This document shows, one piece after another, positions 31,471 to 39,502 of a DNA stretch of 64,000 nucleotides. Where the stretch lies: the NCBI GenBank assembly GCA_965246715.1, contig CBDFFH010000027.1, positions 64,001-128,000 of the forward strand, read 5' to 3'. Below the pieces are notes generated by a model. It was not told where the DNA came from and did not search any database. It worked only from the letters and a program-made list of their open reading frames with translations. Every line of letters begins with the position of its first letter. The stretch's first letter is position 1. The stretch comes from Chamaesiphon sp. Lineage in GTDB: Bacteria; Cyanobacteriota; Cyanobacteriia; Cyanobacteriales; Chamaesiphonaceae. The position numbers and the translations under genes are program-made.

Positions 31471-32223
31471 TCAATGCCAGAGTGTCACAATACCCCCATC
31501 AATTAAGATGTCCTGTCCAGTAATGTAGGATGACTCATCAGACGCTAGAAACAACACTGTGGGAGCTACTTCCTCTGCCGTTCCCCACCGCTTCATCGGA
31601 ATTTGTTGTCGTCTGTCTTCGATATGTTGCAGCGCATCAACTCCAGTTTTTTTGATAATTGGAGTGTCAATAAAGCCAGCACTAATAGAGTTGACCCGAA
31701 TTCCCCGTTCGACTAATTCTGCTGATAGCGATTTAGCTAGAGAAATTACAGCAGCCTTAGTAGCAGCATAAACATTACTTTTGGGTAGACCTCGATGCGC
31801 TGTCCATGAGGCATTCAGGATAATTGAAGCATTGTTGTTAATGCCCTTCAAAGATCTTTGAATTGTAAAAAACAATCCTTTAAAGTTGATGTCTACGATT
31901 CCATCAAAATCTGCTTCAGTCACCTCTAATATGGGAGAGAATTTACCAATACCCGCGTTAGCAAACAAAATATCAATATTGCCAAAACGTGCTTCAATTT
32001 TTTGGAATAGAGTTTCAATATCAGTTAATTTGGACGTATCGCTTTGAATTGCGAGAACTTCTCCTAATTCAGAAATTTCCTGTTCTGCCTTAGTAAGCGA
32101 TTCCGGCGATCGCCCTGAGATTACAACTTTGGCACCTTCTTGAGCAAAGAGTTTCGCTGTTGCTAGACCCATGCCACTACTGCCACCTGTAATCAGAGCA
32201 ACCTTATTTTCTAGTCGAGCCAT
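31471..32223 (-). CDS. SDR oxidoreductase
   Basis: TGGSSGMG, ANAG, YAATK. Confidence 0.92.
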   Translation of the reverse strand: MARLENKVALITGGSSGMGLATAKLFAQEGAKVVISGRSPESLTKAEQEISELGEVLAIQSDTSKLTDIETLFQKIEARFGNIDILFANAGIGKFSPILEVTEADFDGIVDINFKGLFFTIQRSLKGINNNASIILNASWTAHRGLPKSNVYAATKAAVISLAKSLSAELVERGIRVNSISAGFIDTPIIKKTGVDALQHIEDRRQQIPMKRWGTAEEVAPTVLFLASDESSYITGQDILIDGGIVTLWH

Positions 32224-32284
32224 TTTATGTAGTCTCCGGTTTTATAGTTAAATTCGTTTTCGAGATCGGTTGGCAATCAAACAC

Positions 32285-32971
32285 TCAACTGAGGTTTGAG
32301 GCTTGTCGTCCGCCTAAACGTTGGGTTTGAGCGGGTGGTAAGGACTGGATAGAGATGGTTGCAGACGATCCCATCTGTTGCTGAATCATCAATAGGCGGA
32401 TTAAGTCTCCCGTACCCTCGATTAACCGAGCGTGGCGCAACTCGCCACAATCGATCGGTTGGAAGCCAATCTCAGTCGCAAGCTGCATCACTGCTTGTTT
32501 TGCCGATCCATCATCACCTGCCACAAACACCGAGACATTGTAATTTTTGAGCGGGTCTGGAGCCAGCTCGAACAATTCTTGTGCCATCGTGTTGAAGGCT
32601 TTAACCACCCGTGCCTTGGGCACTTCAGCAGCAAGTTTCTCAGCTAGCGATCGCGTAATTGCCGGATACGCGAAGTTCTCTGGAATTTCCTGGTTATTAC
32701 AATCGATGATAATTTTGCCATCGAGAATGTCGATCGACGAAAATACTTCAGCAGGGTTCACACCCCGCACCGCATACAATAACACCGCTCCAAACGCCGC
32801 CGCTTCGTCATTTGAACCGCCTTGAGTCTGAGTCTTGTGACCTGCGCTCGCGGCTACTTCCTGACCTTTTTCAGGAGTGCGGGCACCAAAAAACACCTCA
32901 TGTCCCTGCTCTGCCCAGAGAATGCCGAGCGAGCGTCCCATGTTGCCACTGCCAATAATGCCAATTTTCAT
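32285..32971 (-). CDS. NADPH-dependent F420 reductase-like oxidoreductase
   Basis: GIIGSGNMG, VVKAFNT, AGDD. Confidence 0.85.
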   Translation of the reverse strand: MKIGIIGSGNMGRSLGILWAEQGHEVFFGARTPEKGQEVAASAGHKTQTQGGSNDEAAAFGAVLLYAVRGVNPAEVFSSIDILDGKIIIDCNNQEIPENFAYPAITRSLAEKLAAEVPKARVVKAFNTMAQELFELAPDPLKNYNVSVFVAGDDGSAKQAVMQLATEIGFQPIDCGELRHARLIEGTGDLIRLLMIQQQMGSSATISIQSLPPAQTQRLGGRQASNLS

Positions 32972-33026
32972 TGTTTAATGCTCATAGTTTTGGTTATTAG
33001 CGTTATGTTCACTTTCACAACTTCTC

Positions 33027-33737
33027 TCAATAAGAAATCTCTTGGCGATCGCGGAAAAACTTCCCACTCAAGTCAGGCGAAGCCTCCGTTGCCAGCCAGA
33101 TCGCCGTATCGGCTCCCTGCTCTGGCGATCGATCCGCCGACGCACCACCCATATCCGTCCGCACCCAGCCAGGGCACATCGCATACACGGCAATGCCTTG
33201 GGTTTTTAGGGCTGTTGCTAGCATGATGGTTGCGCCATTGAGCGCGAGTTTTGATAAGCAATAGCTGGGGACATCGGCTGATAATCCATCTAGTGCTCCA
33301 TAGCCGCTAGAAACATTGATTACCCGACTAGCCGCAGCTTTTGCTAAGAGTGGCGAGAATGCTTGGGTCGTCCGAATCGCCCCAAAAGCATTAGTATTCA
33401 TTGCCTGAGCTAACAAATCGCGATCGATGTTCAGGATATTTACACCCTTGTCGGGGTAGATACCTGCGTTGTTGATTAAGACATCGAGCTGCTCGAATTC
33501 TTGGCGATAAGCAGTGACAGCGCGATCGATCGAGTCGTCATCAGCTACGTCTAAAATCAGGGGATGTACCCGATCGGATTTTAGTTGAGCGATGGCAAAG
33601 TTGGCTTTGTCAAGCGATCTGGCTGCCAAAGTCACCTCAAATCCAGCTTTGAGTAAACCTTGACAAATTGCAAACCCGATTCCCTTATTGCCGCCTGTGA
33701 CTAAAGCGCGTTTATTGCGCTGAGGATTCACGTTCAT
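33027..33737 (-). CDS. SDR oxidoreductase (carbonyl reductase-like)
   Basis: TGGNKGIG, YCLSK, CPGWVRTDMGG. Confidence 0.92.
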   Translation of the reverse strand: MNVNPQRNKRALVTGGNKGIGFAICQGLLKAGFEVTLAARSLDKANFAIAQLKSDRVHPLILDVADDDSIDRAVTAYRQEFEQLDVLINNAGIYPDKGVNILNIDRDLLAQAMNTNAFGAIRTTQAFSPLLAKAAASRVINVSSGYGALDGLSADVPSYCLSKLALNGATIMLATALKTQGIAVYAMCPGWVRTDMGGASADRSPEQGADTAIWLATEASPDLSGKFFRDRQEISY

Positions 33738-33862
33738 TTAGCAAGCCTCCTATGGTGGAACGGAGTGGACCGATTATTCCGCGTAGCGATTATGTATTAT
33801 TAGCAGCGATTTCAACCGCTAACTATTCACAAGGTGCGGAATGTAGATGTGAAGTTTGTAAC

Positions 33863-34270
33863 TTAACTCAAAAATTGTTCGAGTTCGATGAGATTGCCAT
33901 CTGGATCGCGAAAACAGGCAGTAATGAACCCGCCTGCTAGCCCTTCCTCTGGGTGTTGCCAAGGACTACTGACGATCGCCACTCCTTTGGCTTTCAACTG
34001 AGAGATTGCTTCATCCAGATCGGGCACGGCAAAAGTCAAAACGATCTTGGCATCATGAGGATCGTAAGTTACGGTCTCAATCGAGTCCATAAAGTCTTTC
34101 AACCGCGCTCGATTGAGAATCGTAATTTTAATTGCGCCGACATCAAATTCGGTATATTCTTCGGCATCGTTAGCTGAGGAAATCTTTAAGCCTAAAACGT
34201 TTTGGTAGAACAGCTTGCAGGCTGCATAGTCTCGAACATTCAAGCGAGTGTAAACATAGTCAAGATTCAT
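33863..34270 (-). CDS. VOC/glyoxalase family protein
   Basis: FYQNVLGL..FRDPDGNLIEL. Confidence 0.92.
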   Translation of the reverse strand: MNLDYVYTRLNVRDYAACKLFYQNVLGLKISSANDAEEYTEFDVGAIKITILNRARLKDFMDSIETVTYDPHDAKIVLTFAVPDLDEAISQLKAKGVAIVSSPWQHPEEGLAGGFITACFRDPDGNLIELEQFLS

Positions 34271-34369
34271 CTGTTTCCTCTAAATTGAGTGGATTGAGAC
34301 TGGCTGCTAGCGATCGCGAGTCTTTGTGACAAGGCGGGGATTGTGTTCTCATCAATGACATTCGGAGAG

Positions 34370-34579
34370 CTATGTAGGATCTACTAGTTGTTTGAGGTGT
34401 AAATAAGCCTCTTCAGGCGAGAGTGAATTCGTGGTTTCATCGGGGATATAAAACTCCCAGCTATCTCGAAAGTGCCGCACGACAAAGCTAGGAATCAATC
34501 CCAGCGTCAGTGCCATGCGTCCCAAGTTTTCGGCTTGGGTTGCTAAGGTAATTTCATCAGTGAAATGTGGATGATTCAT
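34370..34579 (-). CDS. Small hypothetical protein
   Basis: 69-aa ORF in operon orientation with a plausible start. Confidence 0.55.
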   Translation of the reverse strand: MNHPHFTDEITLATQAENLGRMALTLGLIPSFVVRHFRDSWEFYIPDETTNSLSPEEAYLHLKQLVDPT

Positions 34580-34711
34580 TTAGATTTTCTGTGCATAATT
34601 CTGTTTTCTTTCCGAGCAACCGAACCGACATATCTGTCGTCTCATCAATGAATGAAACTCCGGTTAAGGCTGCTCTAGTTTCGCCGCGATCGACCCAATC
34701 TATATATCTGT

Positions 34712-35341
34712 TTACACAAGCTGCTTCAGTAGAGCTTCCGCTGCGGCGATCGGCAGGTTCTGGTTATAAAGTGGCGCACCTGGCTCAAAGATCTTGCCAC
34801 TGCTCAGATCGCCAAGATCTTGAGGCACAAAGCCAATGTCTTCGATTAGTTGTTTAACCGTTTGTTTTGCCTGCACATCATCGCCACATACCTGTACCGC
34901 GATGCGTCGATCGCCGTCACGAAACGCCTTCTCTGCCAATACTTTGTAGTAGATAGAATTGAATGCCTTAATCGTGTGAGTGCCTGGAAACTGACTGGCA
35001 ACATAGCCCGTCGCTGTTTGCGATTTATCCTCGATCGCCTGTTGAGCCACAGCCCCATCTCGCTGCAGATAGGGATTTGTCGCATCAATCAAAATCTTGT
35101 TGTCCAATCGTCCGATCTGCTGCGCTAAGTCAGGAATTTTGCCAAACGGAATGGCTAGTAAAATCACTTCGCCAAAGGTAGCCGCTTCCCGAACAGATCC
35201 CGTCCGAGCACCCACCGCTGCTGCCATCGGCTTTAGCTCTTCCGGGTTTCTAGAGCTAAACATTACCTCGTGTCCCGCTTTCATCCAGTGTTGCCCTAGC
35301 GTTCCCCCAATGTTGCCCGATCCGATTATTCCAATTTTCAT
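34712..35341 (-). CDS. NADPH-dependent F420 reductase-like oxidoreductase
   Basis: GIIGSGNIG, IDATNP, IKAFNS, CGDD. Confidence 0.88.
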   Translation of the reverse strand: MKIGIIGSGNIGGTLGQHWMKAGHEVMFSSRNPEELKPMAAAVGARTGSVREAATFGEVILLAIPFGKIPDLAQQIGRLDNKILIDATNPYLQRDGAVAQQAIEDKSQTATGYVASQFPGTHTIKAFNSIYYKVLAEKAFRDGDRRIAVQVCGDDVQAKQTVKQLIEDIGFVPQDLGDLSSGKIFEPGAPLYNQNLPIAAAEALLKQLV

Positions 35342-35394
35342 AGAACCTGCTTCCTTTAATTGACTTGAAGTGCGATCTTAGTTCCGGCAATGAG

Positions 35395-35940
35395 TTAAGT
35401 TGACCGATCGTTGCTAACCTGTAACAGAGCCATCGTCAACGCCTTCAGGTTTTGGGTTCCCTGATGACGAACGCTTATGAAAGAGGTAGGTGTCTCCTCT
35501 ACCCCACAACGATGACCACTTTCAATATCTACCTGTATCCGATCGACATAAACCCGTGTCGCCAACGCTCGCAGAAAGCGCGGCATATCGAGGTGGATGG
35601 CATCTGCATACTCCACCAAATCGGCATCCTCCAATGCCTGTTGATGGGCAAATAGAATGTCGTGCATCAACCAAAACTTCCCCTGGGCGTTGGCAGCTTC
35701 GGCGGCTTCGGCGGCTCTGTGCGCTTGAGGATGTTGAGGCGATGGAAAGTGGCGAAACACGAAGCACAACTGTGCTCCTAGTTGGTGCTGAAGCTCTCGC
35801 ACGATCGGATGTGCCTGACCGCACTGAGGACAGTGATAATCACAGTATTCCGTGAGCACGATCGACGCATCCGTCGAACCTTGAATACGATCGTCTTCTC
35901 CCAGTGGGGGAGTGAAAGCCTGACCGTCTTCTGGATACAT
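35395..35940 (-). CDS. DsbA/thioredoxin-fold protein
   Basis: DYHCPQC, FRHFP, ETPT. Confidence 0.85.
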   Translation of the reverse strand: MYPEDGQAFTPPLGEDDRIQGSTDASIVLTEYCDYHCPQCGQAHPIVRELQHQLGAQLCFVFRHFPSPQHPQAHRAAEAAEAANAQGKFWLMHDILFAHQQALEDADLVEYADAIHLDMPRFLRALATRVYVDRIQVDIESGHRCGVEETPTSFISVRHQGTQNLKALTMALLQVSNDRST

Positions 35941-36238
35941 GAGCGACCTATAATGGTACCGATCTCACTATATGATGCCGAAGGCTGGCTGTCGCCCCCT
36001 TTAAGCTCAGTAAAATTTCGCAAAATCGCCAGCGAATTACTGTCGCACGGACAGGAAAAGACCCGAACTTTTGGCTAGGTTTAAGACCGATTAAAGCCAG
36101 CCTGAATTATTCAATAACTAATGAAATGTAGATCCTAACTGCACCTTGCAAACACAGACTATTTTTAACGTCGATGCTCTAACTCTTTTCCTGCAAGGAT
36201 TTTGGCGATTTCTAGCAATCTTCATGAACAATGTAGAA

Positions 36239-36349
36239 GATAATATATAGAGTGTATTGATGACACATCGGGCTTTGGGCCGATATTTTTGGCGGAGATC
36301 GCCCTCTATTTCAGGGATAGACGGAAATCCATATAATAAACAGTTAGCT
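36239..36349 (+). promoter_or_regulatory. attI-like region, copy A
   Basis: Homologous to 37613-37726; ends TATAATAAACA-GTTAGCT. Confidence 0.65.
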
Positions 36350-36405
36350 GGAAAAACTCGGTGCTGCATCATGGATGCAAACCTTTATCCAAGTCGCAAC
36401 AATCT

Positions 36406-37275
36406 ATGACTGACCGAAATCAATATTTGTTGGAATTAGCCAAACGCAATGCCGTAGCTTACATTGCTAATCCGAAAGCGAAAGCTGCAATGGTTACGGG
36501 TTCAGTTGCAGAAGGGCTATGCGATGAATATTCCGATTGCGAGATAATCTTTTCCTACGACGAGTTACCGTCTGAAGAAGAGTTGCGCCTAGCGCGGCAG
36601 CAAAATCAGGGTTCAGAGCCTCTCTGGAGTTTAGGCAATTTACAAGAGGGTTCATTTGGTGAAAGTTACCTTGTGAACGGGGTTGAATTTCAGATCGGTC
36701 ACGAGACGATCGCCAACTGGGAAAAGGAGATTGCGACTATTTTGGAGGAGTTCGACCTTTCTCCAATGATGAAAGCGATGACCGGAACCCTAATCGGTGT
36801 TCCCTTGTACGGCGAGCCGCTAATTCAGCAGTGGAAAGCTAAAATTGCAAATTATCCAGATGGACTCGCACAAAAAATGGTCGAGCATTATCTCAAATTT
36901 GTCCCAATTTGGGGAATGCAGGAGAAGCTGGCTAGACGAGATACAACGCTGTGGTATCATCAAATTCTGGTTGAGTCCGCTCAAAACATTCTAGGTGTAT
37001 TATCTGGTCTGAATCACTTATATTATTCAACGTTTCAATTCAAGCGAATGAGCAGATTTATCGAACAGATGGAGGTTGCGCCTGAATATCTCGATGAACG
37101 TCTCGAAAGTTTGTTTCATGATGAAGCCCCTGTCGCTGTCGATCGGCTTGAAGTGTTAGTTCGAGAAACTATCAAGCTCGTCGAGATTGAGATGCCTCAA
37201 GTAGATACTTCCTCAGCAAAACGGAAAATAGGATGGAGGCAGCAGCCGTGGAAACTCAGCGAGTCGAATTGGTGA
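36406..37275 (+). CDS. Nucleotidyltransferase-fold protein (DUF4037-like), gene cassette
   Basis: TGSVAEGLCDEYSDCE motif; bounded by GTTAGCTGGAA (36343) and its complement TTCCAGCTAAC (37280-37290). Confidence 0.75.
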   Translation: MTDRNQYLLELAKRNAVAYIANPKAKAAMVTGSVAEGLCDEYSDCEIIFSYDELPSEEELRLARQQNQGSEPLWSLGNLQEGSFGESYLVNGVEFQIGHETIANWEKEIATILEEFDLSPMMKAMTGTLIGVPLYGEPLIQQWKAKIANYPDGLAQKMVEHYLKFVPIWGMQEKLARRDTTLWYHQILVESAQNILGVLSGLNHLYYSTFQFKRMSRFIEQMEVAPEYLDERLESLFHDEAPVAVDRLEVLVRETIKLVEIEMPQVDTSSAKRKIGWRQQPWKLSESNW

Positions 37276-37360
37276 GGCATTCCAGCTAACCGTTATAACG
37301 CCTCACCCCAGAATATTTGCTAACCTTAATAGAGAATGTCAAAACAGGAGAGTGGTAAGG

Positions 37361-37520
37361 AGTAATAAATTCTTCTATCTCCTTGCTACCAATCTGTTGG
37401 GGATGTCGCTTGTTACGATCGAGGATATATCTGATAATCCAATTTACATAACTTTGCTCGGTCTTGGATAAGTATTGCTTGACTCGGATCGCGTCTCTAA
37501 CTCTGTCCACGAGCTTTTTT
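37361..37520 (-). pseudogene. intI: Integron integrase N-terminal (SAM-like) fragment
   Basis: KKLVDRVRDAIRVKQY..TEQSYVNWI.RYI...KRHP..IG..EIEEFIT; no catalytic domain. Confidence 0.82.
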
Positions 37521-37612
37521 AGTGAGGGCTTCTGTCGCCACAATTTTAGTTCCAGATAATATCCTGATTTGGGGGGATATCTAGAAAGTTTCTGAATATC
37601 GCGCTGATTTAG

Positions 37613-37726
37613 GATAATATACAGAATGTATTGATGACGCATGGGGCTTTCAGCCGACATTTTTCTGTATATCAACCCAATTTCTAGAGAGTAGACGGAA
37701 AGTTTCCGTATAATAAATAGTTAGGC
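37613..37726 (+). promoter_or_regulatory. attI-like region, copy B, divergent from intI
   Basis: Lies 5' of intI; ends TATAATAAATA-GTTAGGC (GTTRRRY core). Confidence 0.7.
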
Positions 37727-37852
37727 AGCTTAATTTTTCGGTGAGGACATCGTTGAGAGATTGCCTGTTAGCATTTGAAACGAAAGCCGTCTTGAGAAAA
37801 TCGGTAAAGCCGTAAAATTGAGGTTAAGCGTTACAAGTTTGGCAAAGTCCAG

Positions 37853-38683
37853 ATGAATACCGAGCAACTACAAGATCGATATGTCAAAGTCGGTTCAATT
37901 AATACCCGATATTGGCAAGCTGGTGATTCAGGCAACACGGTCATCTTGCTTCATGGGGGTGGCGGCTACATTGAGTTGTGGAAGCACAACATCTTTGAAT
38001 TAGCCAAGCATCACCGCATTTATGCGTTTGATATGGTGGGTGCAGGTCGATCCGATAAACCGGATGCTGATTACACCTTTGACTTTATGGCGCAGTTCAC
38101 GCGGGATTTCATGAAGGCTTTAGATATCTCTAAAGCGAGTTTGATTGGAACTTCTGCGGGTGGTGGGGTGGCACTCACCGTTGCGCTGAACTTTCCAAAG
38201 TTAGTCGATCGCCTTGTTCTGGTTGGCAGTGCTGGTTTAGGTAAAGAAATCAATTTTCTGCTGCGGGTCACAACGCTTCCGGGTTTAGGCAAATTATTTA
38301 GTTCACCAAGTAAATCGGGTGTGGCAATGTTGTGTAAACAGGCAGTCTACGACCCAGCTCTCATTACTGACGAGATCGTCGAGGAATTCTATCAAATGGC
38401 GACGCTTCTTGGCTCGTCAGAAGCAACATTAAACGTCGGTCGTTCCAATTTCAATATCTGGGGACAATTTCACCAGTCGATTACTGAAAGATTAGGGACT
38501 ATTGCGGCTCCGACCCTAATTGTTTGGGGTAGACAAGATCCGATGGTTCCTGTAACCCATGCTCAGAGTGCTACTAAAATCATTCCGAATGCTCGGTTGG
38601 AAATTATTGAAGAGTGTGGTCACTGGAGTTCGATCGAGCATCCTCAAAAATTCAATCAGTTAGTTTTAGAGTTTATGTCATGA
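37853..38683 (+). CDS. Alpha/beta hydrolase, gene cassette
   Basis: LLHGGG, GTSAGG, WGRQDP, CGHW. Confidence 0.92.
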   Translation: MNTEQLQDRYVKVGSINTRYWQAGDSGNTVILLHGGGGYIELWKHNIFELAKHHRIYAFDMVGAGRSDKPDADYTFDFMAQFTRDFMKALDISKASLIGTSAGGGVALTVALNFPKLVDRLVLVGSAGLGKEINFLLRVTTLPGLGKLFSSPSKSGVAMLCKQAVYDPALITDEIVEEFYQMATLLGSSEATLNVGRSNFNIWGQFHQSITERLGTIAAPTLIVWGRQDPMVPVTHAQSATKIIPNARLEIIEECGHWSSIEHPQKFNQLVLEFMS

Positions 38684-38710
38684 TTTTGGGTTGGTCGCTA
38701 GTTGCCAGCC

Positions 38711-38796
38711 ACCTAACACGTCATGGCAGCGGACGGACGACAGCCGCTGGTGATGATTTCAAGGTTACTTGCCGCCGCTGCATTTTGCCGTTATTT
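38711..38796 (+). other. attC recombination site (86 bp)
   Basis: R'' ACCTAAC-5bp-L'' ATGgCAGCGGaCGG ... CCGCCGCTGCAT L'-6bp-R' GTT, with two unpaired bases. Confidence 0.8.
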
Positions 38797-38833
38797 CGAT
38801 CGAACCCGATCGGTTCAAAACATTGGGCTGGGT

Positions 38834-39475
38834 TTAAGACCGATCGCTCAGGTGAACCAACCCGCGTCGCAAGGCTGTGACTACAGCTTGAGTCCGATCG
38901 CTCGCGTTCAACTTGCTCAAAATATTGTTGATATGAAACTTGACGGTGCTGGCGGTAATCCCCGACTCAGTACCAATTTCCTGATTGCTTTTGCCGACTG
39001 CCAGCAATTGCAACACCTGCCGTTCGCGATCGGTCAGTTCTGAGGTATTCAAACGCTCGAACAGCTTCACGCCCACAGCCGAGGGCAGGCGTTGCTCTCC
39101 CGCATGAACGGCGCGGATCGTAGCGATAATTTCATCACAGTCCGTATCTTTGAGCAGATAAGCCATCGCTCCGGCTCGGAGTCCTTGATAGATGTCTTCG
39201 TCGCCGTCGTAGGTGGTGAGTACGATTAGACGAGCATCGACAAACTCGGCACGAATGGCAGCAATTGTCTTTGCTCCATTTAACTGGGGCATCTGCAAAT
39301 CGATCAGCGCGACATCGGGTTGATGTTGCCGAAATAAGGCGACCGCTTCATTCCCATTGCCTGCTTCGGCAATGACTGTCATATCGTCCTCGTTATCCAA
39401 AATCAGTGCCAGCCCTTTCCGTAAGGGTGGATGGTCGTCAGCTAGCAGGATGCGAATCGGTTGAGTGGCAGTCAT
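38834..39475 (-). CDS. NarL/LuxR family response regulator
   Basis: LADDH, DLQMP, LTDRERQVL..GKSNQEI..TVKFHI. Confidence 0.95.
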   Translation of the reverse strand: MTATQPIRILLADDHPPLRKGLALILDNEDDMTVIAEAGNGNEAVALFRQHQPDVALIDLQMPQLNGAKTIAAIRAEFVDARLIVLTTYDGDEDIYQGLRAGAMAYLLKDTDCDEIIATIRAVHAGEQRLPSAVGVKLFERLNTSELTDRERQVLQLLAVGKSNQEIGTESGITASTVKFHINNILSKLNASDRTQAVVTALRRGLVHLSDRS

Positions 39476-39502
39476 GATAGAATCTCTTGCTGAAAAATTA
39501 GC

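Noticed and set aside
36118..36372. 84-aa ORF, and the first ~50 codons of the 37286-37675 ORF
   Set aside because: They overlap the attI-like non-coding regions; only 37361-37520 resembles IntI
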